In this document: positions 26,108-39,372 of the stretch, piece by piece | Position numbering within the stretch: position 1 is the first letter of the stretch | Layout of the letters: every line of letters begins with the position of its first letter | DNA from: Ramazzottius varieornatus | Lineage: Eukaryota > Animalia > Tardigrada | Length of the DNA: 64,000 nt | Assembly: GCA_001949185.1 (NCBI GenBank) | Contig: BDGG01000002.1 | Location: 8,236,448 to 8,300,447, forward strand | Direction: 5' to 3' | The notes under the pieces: model-generated | Database searches by the model: none | Seen by the model: the letters and a program-made list of their open reading frames with translations, nothing else | Told to the model about the DNA's origin: nothing | Program-made: the position numbers and the translations under genes

Positions 26108-27839
26108 CTTTGTACTATATATTTCTTGTGTACACGTTTACAGTTTACTCTCTCGATGCACTAGTGGAGGACCCAACAAAGTCTCATCCACTATTTCAAA
26201 CGTGATGTCATGACCCTACTCGAACTCCCCCCGTTTTTGTATTTGTATTTCTATTTATTCAGCTGGTAGACGAACCTCGAAGGGACTTTCAGGAGTTTAA
26301 TAGCCAAAGCAGCAAGTAACTTGAAGCTGTTTAGCTCATCTGTATCCCGTTCAAGCCAACTCACTACCACCTGGGTTTCGACGTAAGAAAGATCAGATTG
26401 CTGCTTTTCTGCTGGTCCTACGTAGTGTTTATCCAACACTGTCAGCTATTTCTACTGAGCCATAACCATAACCATCCATTTGGTTACAGTGAGGAGCAAC
26501 TTCAGAAATTCAACTGGCATCGTTTCCGGTGGCGAAGACATGCTGTAACAAGTCGAATGGACTCGGCAGGTCCCTATAAAGGAACGAAGAATCAATCCCT
26601 GAAGGTGCACGAAGAAAAGGGAACAACAAGCGATGGCCGTGCGCCGGACCCGGTCGAGAAAGACTACACGTGGCAGACGGAGCAGTATGAAGTTTGGTCG
26701 AACCATGTACAGCAGTTTATACCAAGTTCTAAAGCACCTAATCGACGTGTTTCTGTTTTCCCTACGTCTGCTTCATGTGGACGGCATTATGACGTGAAGT
26801 TAAAGGCCTGTACCTCAATTCGTTAGCCACCATCGCTATGTAACCCGGTCGAATCAAAGGAAGCGCACTGCACTAGAAAACTGCGATTGCATGGGAAAGC
26901 CAACACCGATTCGTTTTCTGATGGGAAAATAAAACCAAAGACCATCATGCTAGAACATAAACCAGGAAAGCAAGTAACAAAAGAACTCTGAACCCCAGTT
27001 TCAACCTAGTGCCCACGGACAAGGTGGTCTTCGATGGTATGATAGGTCGCCACCACAACACTTTTTTCCGTTCTTCCCGAGTTCCAGTTCCGGATCCGAT
27101 GGACGATCTGCGAAGATTGAAGCGCAAGTTATCGTGAAAACGATGGCTGGAACTAATCAAGCGTTTCATCACACTAGCATTCAGTAAGTCTCGTTTGCTG
27201 CTGCTGGCAGGCTGTATCGTACGCCCTTACACGAACTGCTCCCTACAATCGAAAATTTCCTGAGAAACAATGTTTCCAACGTTACAGTCACGGTACAGTA
27301 CGTGGCGACCACGTTGCCGCACAGATGAGGTACACACTTTGCTGTAGCTGTCTCATAAGATGCGAGGCCATGCTGTGTAAACTACATCAGCTGATACGTT
27401 ATCCTGTACTAGGTGGCGCCACTTACTACACGTTATCAAGTACTAAATGGCGCAATCGCTGTGGAAAATTCAATAAACTATTACAGCCATGCACAAAACG
27501 CGAGCCAGTTTGCAAAAGCATAAAGAGGCCCGGCAGTACCAGACCCCAAAACGATAAAACAATTCAAATCAGCAAAAAATCTCGGTTATTGACATCGACA
27601 ATAGAATGGATCTCCTCCAAACCTCTATGACTAGATAAGGTTCCGAAAACAGAGGCAGCATTACCACGTTGAATATCTATACTAAGCTTTTGCTTCAAAA
27701 ACGAGAGAGATCTTGTTTCGCCGGTGGCTTCTGCTATTCTTTTGCCTATTTGCTGGATAAGGCTGGATGCTTCGTTCCCGAAAGGACCGAAAGTTTCGAA
27801 CGCTACTGGACAGAACAGGTAGCGTCCATCCAGCTCGCG

Positions 27840-28250
27840 CTACTTGTGTCTCTTGAGCTCTTCTGCCTTGTTGGTGGCATAACCGAGCTGCCCCGCTGAT
27901 CCTCGCAGGTATGTTTCTGCAAGAGTGTCCACACAGGTTACATCCCAGACAAGAGCCTTACCTTGTTGCCACGGGATGAGCGTCAGTTCGTCAGGTCGTT
28001 TCTGGTCGTCCCTTAGGATCCTGTTGGGCTCAAGAACGTTCGGGACTTTACAGCTGATGAGGGCACGGTGGAGGGAGTCATTCAGAGCGGAATGTCTAGA
28101 ATGACGTCCGGCACTCAACTGACAAGACAAGCCGTGGCGCCTTAGCTCGTCGACAAGTTTTTTGCAACGACAAACATGGGGCTCACAGAGCCTAGCCCCA
28201 AGACGCAAACCAACTGAGATGTGAAACGAGTTGTCGTCCAGCAAGTTACC
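27840..28250 (-). mobile_element. Fragment of a non-LTR retrotransposon with restriction-like endonuclease (CRE/R2/NeSL type), C-terminal part
   Basis: LRLG..C..C....HGLSC..RHSALN..EP..KRPD.LTLIPWQQGKALVWDVTCVDT..AEELKRHK: zinc knuckle plus PD-(D/E)xK endonuclease typical of these elements; no RT domain attached. Confidence 0.8.
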
Positions 28251-28352
28251 TAAAACAGAATTTCAATTACTGTACGCACCTTCAGCTGATTATGTCTTAT
28301 AGTTTTCCCCTTGCGTTGTACATTACAAGCTTCCGAATTGATTTTTATACTG

Positions 28353-28806
28353 ACGAGAGGATTTTTCCAATCCGCCGCCTCTGATGCTCAAACCCACATT
28401 CCAGGTGGATAGAGAAGAGTTTCCTCTATCGTCTGAGCCGAAAACCTCGTCATCATTCCCTTTCTCGAATAAACTGGACGGTTCGGAAGTGATCGTCCAT
28501 TGACCGCTACAGTGCGCCGCGATGACGTGAAGTTTCTTAATTGCCTCTCTGGTTGATCACAAAACGATCAGCTGATCGCCGGTACTGTTGGCTATGCAGC
28601 GGANNNNNNNNNNNNNNNNNNNNNNNNNNNNNNNNNNNNNNNNNNNNNNNNNNCGGTCATGGACGATCACTTCCGAACCGTCCAGTTTATTCCAGGAAGG
28701 GAATGATGACGAGGTTTTCGGCTCAGACGATAGAGGAAACTCTTCTCTATCCACCTAGAATGTGGGTTTGAGCATCAGGGGCGGCGGATTGGAAAAATCC
28801 CCTCGT
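28353..28806. repeat. Fold-back element: ~150-bp imperfect inverted arms around an N gap
   Basis: 28353-28506 is the reverse complement of 28654-28806 with a few mismatches; ends ACGAG(A/G)GG. Confidence 0.8.
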
Positions 28807-30679
28807 GAGGTGGCATCAACTTGGGCGACCAGAAAAAAACACCCCTCTGATATTTTGCCCGGTCCTGGTTGAGACTTGGGCGATAGGTATGCATCCTACG
28901 TGAGCAGAGCGCTGTTTGAGCCAGTGGTATCTTTTACTCGATACTGATGGTATAATCTTTGAGCTCTTAATGCACAGTGCGGTATACGCTCGTGTGAACA
29001 AATCCATCCAAATACAGTTCGGTCACTCGAGATTTGTCCCGAATTTTCCGATTTCTATACACGCGAGGTTTCAGAGTTAACAACAATGCTCGCCATGCCC
29101 ACTACAGCCAAATTATAAGCCAATTGATCACTTGGTTACATGACTTAACGCATCGTGTAAAGCTTGTGTTATGTGTTATGAAAAACTGGCGGTAGTTTTT
29201 GAAGGCAATGGACAGTGTTTTCACAGTCCATTGCCTTCAATATTCATATCATGAATATCAAAGATACCACACAAATTTTTTGAAAGCATTTTTGATGTGC
29301 GCTGGCACGATGAGTCGATAGGTTGTTAAATTGAAACCGAAAAATTTGGTAAGGATTTCAAGAGGCCGGCCTGTGGTGGATGTACAAGCCAGCACTCACT
29401 CGGACATAACTTGAGGTAGACAAGTGACTGACGGCAGATTTGTGCTCTCCGCGGTCTGTCAAATCAGAACCAAGCAGAAAACCTCCATGTAGCCTGTACA
29501 CTCATTGCAAAAATTTTTCTCTGTATATTAGGTATTCGTTCGCGACACTTATGAGATCGATAGAGGGGTGGTTAACCGACCACATTTACAAGCTGGTCGC
29601 TCGCCTTCGGCTCGCTCGAAGCTTGCCGTGAGTGGGTACCGCGGATCCTGAATTTTGCTCTAAATAAAACTCGGTCGGTTGTTTCAATAAGCAATTTTAG
29701 AAGTAAGATATGGTGTTGAAGGACAACATCAATAAGGTGAGGTTACATACTACACGAATAAAACGAGATTCTATGATACAGTAGACAGAAGGTTGTTATT
29801 TGAAAAATTACTGATGGGCATTGTAATGGAACGGTTACGTATACGTAAGTATGCAGGGTTATGCAGGTCGAACATCACGAGACTGTAGGAGAAAGTTGAC
29901 CGAAGGCCGTTATTGGAAGTTCTGTGCAGCTTTATTTTCGAAGAAAGAGGTAAAGTGTAACGTACTGATGGGCCGCGGAGGGATGATGTGCGGCTCTCAT
30001 CCAGAGACCTTCGCGCAAAGATAGTTGCTAGATGAAACAGAGCTTATACGTTCAGAAATTTTACGGCTTGAGAATTGGTGTGTTATCCCCAACTGTGTTT
30101 CTTTACTGAAGTATTACAGTTGTTACCCTATACTGTATTAATTCCGTCCGTCTGGACTGAACCGGTTAGACCGACATGATCAAAATCGCCCAAGCTGTAG
30201 TCGCAGGACTGAAACTGATGTATTTGAAATTCGAAGTTCGTGAGAGTAAAACTTATAAATAAAGGATAGCAGTCGAACTGATTCAGTTCCAGTCTATGGC
30301 ACTGACAAGGAAACGTCGGAGACGTTCTCCTCTAATTCTCTGGTTTTCCTCTTCCAAAAAACAGAACAGGTTCCAGTATAGAGTGTATAGAGCGTCACAG
30401 TATTGGAAGTGGTGTTCCGCCGATCACGCTGCATGAATTTATCGAATAACGATTGAAGTTTGTCGTGAAAAGTTGGCTCCGGCCCGCCGAAGATAGACCA
30501 GAAACCTGTTCAACCAAACTTCTCAGGAAGGGTCGGCAGCCCGCGTTTATGTGAAATTCGATCCTATGAGTCTGATGCACATGTTTGCCAGTTCTGGACG
30601 ACTTGATTATGGGTCGGAGGGATTTTTTACTTCTATGCGGTGGACCCTTCCGAGTTCGAAACCTATTCCACCCCCAACC

Positions 30680-30839
30680 AGGGTGGGCGCGACCCGACCA
30701 CGGAAAGTATGGTCACGGTGTGACCGCAGTCGCACATTTTTCGGCTTGATTGCTTGATCATGTGCGACCACGTGCGACCATATGGTCGCGCGACTATGGT
30801 CGGGACATGACATGAGACATGGTCGGGTCGAGCCCACCC
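30680..30839. repeat. GC-rich hairpin element with repeated (G)CGACCA/TGGTCG motifs
   Basis: GGGTGGGCGCGACCCGACCA ... TGGTCGGGTCGAGCCCACCC. Confidence 0.6.
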
Positions 30840-32052
30840 TTCCCCCAACCTGAAAGCTAAACTTGTGTCCTAGCTCCCATGGTGACCTTCTGAGGGACTG
30901 TTTCTAAGATCCAGTCAACTACACAACCTCCGAAAGGTCATGTCCACGAAATATCTTTCGACCCTGAGCAACTGACCAGGAGTATATTCAAACTGTTCCT
31001 ATATGCCGAGTAAAATGGTCCAGAAGAATTCGGATAAAAATCATTTTGAATTCTAAGACATTAAAACTGCTTTAGCTCCCCACAAATGTTTTTCGAAGCT
31101 GTTTGCAAACTTTTGGGCGATTTAGATCAATAGTTTTTGGATAAGTAGTTTTTGCCGTTGAGCAGAGTATCAAAGAAGGTTTTCAGGTTGGTTTGCGTTG
31201 TATGTTGCTGGAACGAGTGGCGTACGCGGAAAGGCAGTGCGACGAGGTGACGTTGAGTGTACGATGTAAAACGTTTGTTGAGAGCCAATGAGAGCCGTGT
31301 TGACTTCGTAAAGGCGGCAAACATTTCAGTGGTAGATGGAAGAAAGAGAAAGAGATAAGGTTGGTCATATCGGTTGCTTCGATGGAACTTGTTTTGCGGA
31401 AGTTGACTGTACGCTTGGCCGACTTCGGATTGGATTATGGTGTTTATGAATAAGCTGAACAGGATGGCTGTAAACACTGATAAGTCAAAAATAAAGAGAA
31501 AGATCTACAGGAATGGGTGAAAACATTGATCAGGTCCAAAGTCCAAAAAGAAGGGGATAAGGATCAAAGTGCACCGCCATCACCGAGCCAAACTTCTGAC
31601 TGAGCTTCGAAAACGAGTGAACGCTTCGATAAGCGCGACCAAAATTAGTTATCTGAACTTTGCAGGACTGAATTTCCAGATCAACGAATCACCTTCTCAA
31701 TCTTGCGTTGTTCCGCGTAGAAAATAGTTTACAACCAACCGTAAAAGAACCCATTGATTACTATTCAGAAAATCGGAAAGCTTCCCACTTTGACGCTTAT
31801 ATCGTCGGACCGACCCGATCTCACGGCTTAACGTGACGTAGTAGGCCGTTTTTCCGGAAAATTACTGTTAACTCTGAAACCAGATGTTGCGACACCTCTG
31901 TAAATCCAGCCTGCGAAACATTCCGGTTTCCCAGGTATTCTTCGAATCATGCGAGAGACCCGTTGAATTCCCATTGGAATTCGCCGCGGTGTCGAGTTTT
32001 CGTCAAACAAGCTAAATTGTTTGACGTAACAACATCCCAGGCACTTCCGGTA

Positions 32053-32207
32053 CGAGGGAAAAGTCATAAAGTTAGCCGGGTGGTGCCCGAGTTGTAAATT
32101 TAGCCACTCAATAATAGAAGTAGGCCATCAAAAGGCCTACGCTTTATAAGATGTGGCTAACTTTACAACGTAGGCCTCAACCGGCTAACTTTACAACCTT
32201 TTCCTCG
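32053..32207. mobile_element. MITE family B (mariner-like TA-CGAGG ends)
   Basis: TA-CGAGGGAAAAGTCATAAAGTTAGCCGG ... CCGGCTAACTTTACAACCTTTTCCTCG-TA with internal repeats of GTAAAGTTAGCC. Confidence 0.8.
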
Positions 32208-34792
32208 TACTGTGAATACTAAGTGATATCGCGCTACACGCACACGTACGTGTTAATGCACCCTAGTAGAGGCTTGTGCAGGCAGGAGAACCAGACCGGG
32301 GCTGTACTTGACGTAAAGGGCGATAGCAACGAATATTTACGAGGTAGAGGACAAAATTCTTCCGTAACCTTTTTTAGTGCGAGTTCTCGTACGTAATTCT
32401 GACGGCGTAGAAGGTTAGAGCATTATCGTCAACGCTTGAATCATTTGTCATCGTACGCCAGTTGGTACAAATTTAGGCTTTCTAGCGTTAGACAGACCAC
32501 ACTTCCTCCCAAGACCAGTTTTTCCGATCCAAAACATCTCATCATAACCTATCCAGAGCGCTGTGAGATAAGTTTGTCTACCTGTGGAACGAAAACCAAA
32601 TGAGGTGGTGCAGTTTGCTCAGGAACGTAACCCGTCATAATTACGTCCAAAAACGGGCACGGCAGAAATATGTCTTCTGTTTTATGCAGCGTTTCATTTG
32701 GATGGTAAAGTGTTGAAGTTTACCGGCTCACTCCCAGAATGGCAAGATTCCCGGAGTATGGTTTTCGTTGGTATTATCCCGGTTAGGAGCCAGGAATACC
32801 GAGAATATTTCAGATTTTTTCGTAGATGAATACCAGCTTTAGAAGCATCATAAATGATGATTAAAACGAAAGGAAACCTCGAGAAATGACGGGATTGGGC
32901 CAGAAAGCTCTGTCAATGTTTTGCTGAGGATGGCTAGCCGTACTACGTACGCGAAATTATATCTTCGTCAATCACGGTTCGACACGAAACACACGGTGGA
33001 TTATGAACCACAGGTCGAAACCAAACAGTCCAAAGGTCGAACAAAATTATCGAATAGGTTCGACCAATGCTTGGTCTGATCCACTCTAGATCGGATGGAA
33101 GCTGCGTGCATGAATAAATATTTCACAGCTAGATACGCCAAACAACCGTCAGTCTTTGAGAAAGTCTGAAAAACCCACTGGATTCGGGAACTTGATTATG
33201 TTTGTGTCGTGCTATCACCGGACCGTTGGTCAAGCAACTGAAGACGTGGACACGAAGTAAGTTAGTTTTTCCCAAGGATATATGCAGAAAGCAGAATAAC
33301 TCGTAGCTTGAGTAGCCGTTCAGAAAAGGGCCGCTTACCTCTGTCAATCAGCGTTGTCAGAGCTCCAGCAAAATCTTTCTTGACGTGGGCGTACAGCGTG
33401 TCTGCTAAATGGATGCACACATCGCATTTCACTTCGGATTTCAGTAGAGATGGCTTGGCGCTGCGGCAGGGAACAAGGCCTGCCTTCTGTTGCCAAGGCA
33501 AATCGTTGCATTCATAACAAGAAAGGTCGCCGCCATCTATGAAAATTCTTTTGCAGGGAATATCTTCATTTGTGTACCTTAGACATACAATAAGTCACTC
33601 TATCAGGTCGTGACCCCAGTTCCAGCAGGGAAGCACTTGTGAGTAGCAAATGTCGTACATTCAAAACCAACATCACGTTTTGATTCGTACATTGCTCTGT
33701 ATCTTTATCTCCGCAATAGCTCACCTCAGCATGCAAATCTGCCTTATCATGCATCAATTGATTCAAAAGGTATAATCAAGTACAGAGACTGAGTCTCAGT
33801 TAATTCTACAACAGAACTTTCTGGAGCATCCTACGCCGACTATAAGATCAATGTTCTTCCGTACTAGTAACGGTATCTCGAACCACTTCCTGGATCGAGT
33901 GGATCTCACAAACTGTCCGCTGTAGAGCCAGCATTACCGACTGTGATGTTTACAGCGATCAATCGGAAACCGGCCTCTTCTTGAAGCAAACACCGACTTC
34001 ACCTTTACATGGCGTGAACTACGGTTCGGAATCCCTCACTTGCGAGCGAAGGTCAAACAGGTGTAAAAGTGATAGTTGTAATTTTCGTTCAAAATTATAA
34101 CGATCAGCAATGCCAGCAGCAGCACAAATGAACATACCGGAAAGCCCTTTGTCTAAGAATTGGCTTTCTGTTGATATAAATCCTGGACTTTTGTTTCACA
34201 CCATTCGAACGTAAAATTCAGTGCATCAAGAAACAATCGGTTTTCCGATTGACCTTCAAGACTTTATAGCCTGTAACACTGTTTCTGCGGTGGGCGGCGT
34301 ATCTCTGGGAGTTCATCTCGATCCAGGAACTTGTCCGTGGCCTTTCTTCTTGCTTGTTCAAAGATAGGACTCTTAGCTATCGATAAAAACATTCGCTTCA
34401 TAACTGACATCTAATGTACCTGAAAGTTCTCTTGTTAGTCCATCACAGTGTCGATAAGGCTTGCACTTGTACTGCAGGGGTTTTTAAGCATCTCAAAACG
34501 ATAAAAAAGCGTTCCGCAAATGGAATGGAAACTGCATACCAAGGTTGGAGAAGGCCCACTGCAAAATCTCTGCCGGGATTCGGCACATGACGAGATAGAA
34601 GCCGCGATCTGCTGATTCGGCTACTCTACATTTTGCAGTTCTTCATGCATGCAGAATGAAAAAGCGTCTGATGACACGCCGAGAATCTACGACCGGGAGC
34701 GGAAAACCGGAGATGATTGGCTGAGTCAGTTTCATCTGGGGACTCGTGAAGGCTTTATCGGAAGCACATCAGTGCGCAAGCCCAGGGGACGC

Positions 34793-36070
34793 TGTCAGGT
34801 GCGAAATTATGACTTGTAACTTTTGGAGCAAAACGTTTTCAAATACTTTTCCTGACATCAAATCTCGGACTGTTTGGTCCGCTTGTCCACATATACTAGC
34901 AAGGAACTTCTACCGTTTTGCTGGCGGTGAATTCATACCGCCGCCGCAGGAGCATCGGAGAAGACACAAAATTAACTTTTGGGAGCCCGTTTTTACAGCC
35001 TCTTGGGAGAAAATTTTTTTCTCGTGGGAAATACTCTAATTTTCGGAAATTCTGACAAACCAATAGCATCGGATCCCCACCGCAAGATATGTGTATCGCA
35101 GTTCCGAGCTCCACCTCTGGCAGTTTTGCGGAGGTGTTTTGTGCAGTCTACTCTCTGGAGCTGTCTTGCAACAGTGGTGGTTGTGGTCGACTGAATTATC
35201 TCGGCTGTTGCACGGCATGTGTTTTTCCATCAGCCTTCGTCGTTTCAGGGAGGTTTGAATCTTTTTTATCGTTCTGTTGGGTCGGAGAATTGTACAGCGG
35301 TCAGGACTGCGAATTGGCCACTAGATAGTGAAGAAAAACTCGGGTGCCACTCATGAATCGAGATCTTTCGCGACGCTTCCGCTGTCTCAGCAGCCCGGTT
35401 CTGCTTACAGACATCCTACGGAGTCCCCGTTTTATCAGCAACCACGACACAATCTGAAGCGGTTCGTTCCAATTCGGAATCAGTAGAGAAAAAAATGACA
35501 GAACTCGGCGTTTTATCAGAGGAGCGCTAGGTAAGTGGGGTGCTCACTTTTCTTCGTTTCTGCCTTCCCAATTTTTTGTAAATGCAAGGCAAGAGTTTAG
35601 AAAGACAGACTAAGGTCTCGTGAGAACCGCACTGTGATTAGAGGACGATCCGCACTCCGTCAGGACGATGTCGTCCACTTCAATTTCCGACGTCTTCATT
35701 GGTAAATTTCGAGCAAAAAGTCTCCGGAACCCAATCTTCCTATCCAACCTCCTGCTAAACGTTGACTAGCGGTTTTATTCGTAAATATATCGCTGCTTTT
35801 TCGATCGTCAGCAATGCTCTGGTGAAGGAAAAAGTTGAAATACCAAAGTCACTCCGAAATTCCCTATTTCATGGTCCCAACAAGATCCATTCTATTTTCC
35901 CACCGATCCGCCAAACAAGAAAGTCCTAAGCACAACCTGATACAGATTACGGAAGAGTTTGTGAAGTGAATGCAAAAGAGTTTCAGGACGGTAGGACGAG
36001 GGAGAGCGCCGTTATGAAATTTCGAAATGAACAATTTTTACAGGTTCAAGTCATACTTCCGCACCTGATA
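34793..36070. mobile_element. Probable decayed mariner element (~1.28 kb)
   Basis: Imperfect TIRs TGTCAGGTGCGAAATTATGACTTG / CAAGTCATACTTCCGCACCTGATA resembling mariner TATCAGGTG ends at mariner-like spacing; no intact ORF inside. Confidence 0.5.
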
Positions 36071-36375
36071 GCAAGACAGTTAAATGTGAGTGGGCCCAAC
36101 AGGAAAGGGTAAGCGGTCAGACTACAGCGGCCAAGATATCTGACGTAAAAATCTTTAACTTCCCGAAACACAAACATCAGCTGATTGTGTCGATGTCTTT
36201 GTTTGAGCTGCTCGCCAAACAGCCGCGCGGGTGATCAGTGTTCCCCCGGAACTGCCGTTTTCCCCAGAACAGAACAGAACAAAACAGATCACTTATCTGT
36301 TATGGCCGGCAGTAGGCTTGGCGCANNNNNNNNNNNNNNNNNNNNNNNNNNNNNNNNNNNNNNNNNNNNNNNNNN

Positions 36376-36766
36376 CCTTTACCTCGTAGTGAACATTTAT
36401 CTACAACAATTTGGTGAGTTTCTTTGATGATCCGGCCGTCTTTCAACTATCTCCAGCAGGATCAAATTAAGCTGCCAGCTCTTGTTATCTTTGCGACAGT
36501 AGTTGAAATGATTTGCAACCAGATCATGCGTAGAGGGATTAATTTGGTCGCGCCAAGCATAGCCGGCAGTAAAGCCGTCGAGTGATTGGCCAGACCAAAT
36601 TAATCCCTCTACGCATGATCTGGTTGCAAATCATTTCAACTACTGTCGCAAAGATAACAAGAGCTGGCAGCTTAATTTGATCCTGCTGGAGATAGTTGAA
36701 AGACGGCCGGATCATCAAAGAAACTCACCAAATTGTTGTAGATAAATGTTCACTACGAGGTAAAGG
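36376..36766. repeat. Apparently perfect ~175-bp-arm palindrome beside an N gap
   Basis: 36376-36550 is the reverse complement of 36593-36766. Confidence 0.85.
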
Positions 36767-37072
36767 TTGTAAACTTAGCCACCCATACTGGGTTTGTAAA
36801 GTTAGCCACGGCTGTGGCGCCTATGGCTTGATTGACTATTTGATTGTCAGTCTTGGCTGTTTAACATGAGATTTCAACGTTCTTTTAATTGCGGATCTCT
36901 TGGATTCTCTGACTTCTCGTGTTGACTGTGCCTATTACCATTCGACAGCTCATTATTTTATCTTTCGATCTATCCTTAAAAGTTTGGGATTGAGTAGTAG
37001 AGAACAGGCGAACTTGAACGGCTAACTTTACAAACCCGGTATGGGGTGGCTAACTTTACAACCTTTCCCTCG
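36756..37072. mobile_element. MITE family B, second copy
   Basis: TA-CGAGGTAAAGGTTGTAAACTTAGCCACCCATACTGGGTTTGTAAAGTTAGCC ... GGCTAACTTTACAAACCCGGTATGGGGTGGCTAACTTTACAACCTTTCCCTCG-TA. Confidence 0.82.
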
Positions 37073-38869
37073 TAACACGGCAAAATATCTTGCTTTGGTC
37101 GAGCGGGGTAATATCTCTTATATCGATCGGCAAAGTTCCCAGTGCTGCTATGAGTTTAACAGTACTATACTGTAATATTACGGAAGGGAAAAATGACCTT
37201 GTTTCTGTCACGAAAGGCAATACAAGTATAAGGTTGCGCGGTACGACCTCAATCAATGTACTGTAAAGACATGGGCTGATGTAGGGGATGGAGGCATCCA
37301 GCACGGTGGTAGGGCCGAACCATCCTAATTTATATATACTGCTATCCACTTATTTTCACTGTACGCTCTGGCATTCGCCGAATTTCGGTCCGAATTGGTT
37401 CAAATCTTGCCCGAAATTCGGAAACGGTGCCCAGATGTTGCTAACGTGGTCGTTTTCTTCAGTTTTTTATCGTGCAGTTCTGATTCTGATTTTTTGTGTC
37501 AGTTTCTGTGTCGCCCGTATGTTTTCATAATACAGCTCATTGCTTAGCAAACTAGCAAATAAGTTAGATAGCGCCATTACCTGACCTCTATGTGCGCTGG
37601 CACATAAATCTTGCTGTGGTTCTCTTCTCGATATTCACTACCGAAGAACTCAACAAAGTTAGTCCCTGTTCCGTACACCGTTTGAAACTTGGTGGTTCAA
37701 ACCTGCTCGAACTCCACCTAAGTTTGGCTGATCTAGCCTTTTTGGGATAGATAATTTCCAGCGAACCGTACGTTTCCGAAGTCCACATGTGGATCTGTAG
37801 ACAGTGATTGGTGGGATACACGTTTCGCCAAAACTTGTTGCAGCACTTTTTCGAAATTAGCGTGACCAAACGAACGAGTTCTAGAACTTCCCCGGCACCT
37901 GCATGACCGTGCGACAGCACAAACATACTGCTTTTACATATGTACGAAACTATAAAAGACTTCCGTAGTATTTGTCCTGAGAAATCAACCAGCAGTGTTA
38001 CAACAGAAGTCCCAAGTGTAAATCATACAGTGCACGCCAAGGCTAACCGTGGAAAATGGCGGGGGGTGGGATAGTGTCATTTTGAAGCAGCTCACCATAA
38101 AACAGCGTCTGTCCAGTTCCCGAATTTTATTGGCTGTAGATCGCAGGCACCACCTAACGCCACTCTGAGCTGGCGCACCGAATACTAATTCGTCAAGCTA
38201 ATAAGAAGTAGAGCTATCAGTTTCTGACAAAAAGCTACGCAGAAAAAAATCACCGAAGTAGCCAATTGGGTCTTATAAAATATCACCGCACGAAACCGCT
38301 GTAAGTGTATGAGATTATCGTTTCAAGTGTCACAAAAGTTCCTGCCGGTTGCTAGAAATCTGATCTGGAGAAGCACAAAACGGAAAAGATCGACTAAATC
38401 AACTAGCTACTGAAAGGAAATAATCCAGGTAGAGCAATAATACTATTAAAAACGGAGTAACCTCACAAAAGATCGAAAAGTGGCTGTTCTACTGCGATTG
38501 GTTACGGGTTTCAAAATATTTTATCTTCAATCGCGAACCGTCTAAGACGCGACAAAACTTTTCGCTAATTGGACGGTAACAGTGGACACTTCGAAAACTT
38601 GTTAGGGTGAGTATCAAACAAAATTAAAGTTATCTAATGGTTTCAATTTGCACAGTTTGAGATTCCATTGTGAGTGCACCATGTTTGGAACGAGCCTACG
38701 AGGTTTATTCATTCCGAACTGAGCATAGCTTTCAACATTTACATTGTCATTCTTCTACGCTATCCGTTTCTGTTTTTCCACATCATTGACAAGCTGCGAG
38801 CGAGCCGAAGGCGAAGCGAACAGTTTCTAATCAGAACAGAATAGCTGTCAGGTCAGAAAAGCATTTTTG

Positions 38870-39290
38870 ATCTAATTGCTCACCGTAGCTAGGATTCTGC
38901 CTCGAACCAGCCGCACGCAGCCGTGATCTGTGGTGGATGGAGTCATGGGTGGTTGATGGGAACACGGCTGACAAAAGTCTTTGCTTATTCGATTTGAGAT
39001 GCCAGCAATCAAGCAAACCATCGTTAGACGTAACTGGGCTTTTGTCTGTAGGCCGGCGCTCACCGTCGCTCTACCGCTAAACAGGATGCACCGTATTCAG
39101 TGGGATCCGTAAAGTAAACAGGCGCTGACTGGTCAAAGCGCCAGTCCTTTCCAGCCTTCTTGACATTACTTCGGCTGCCTCCTCTTCCAGCACACCAGGT
39201 ACAGCTTCTTCGAGGACAGGGGCTCCCAACAGCATCAGCTTTGAGCTGGACAGAAAAGTCACTTTCGGGAAGGTGCTGTTGTCGACGGAT
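38870..39290 (-). mobile_element. Degenerate fragment, probably the post-RT region of the same non-LTR family
   Basis: KLMLLGAPVLEEAV..MSRRLE resembles the LLGAP segment following RT in CRE-like elements; frameshifted. Confidence 0.4.
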
Positions 39291-39372
39291 TTCGTGCCCA
39301 GCCTTTCTTTGTTGCTACCACTAAAGATGTACACCTTGTACTTGGCCATGTTCAGCTCTAAGGGGAAAGACA

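Noticed and set aside
27408-27425. AGGTGGCGCCACTT as an intergenic copy of the intronic element
   Set aside because: Arms are fused without spacer or flanking consensus; could be chance or an isolated CTCF-like site.
29199-29240. Hairpin TTGAAGGCAATGGAC..GTCCATTGCCTTCAA as terminator or miRNA
   Set aside because: Isolated short inverted repeat in TE debris; no basis for assigning function.
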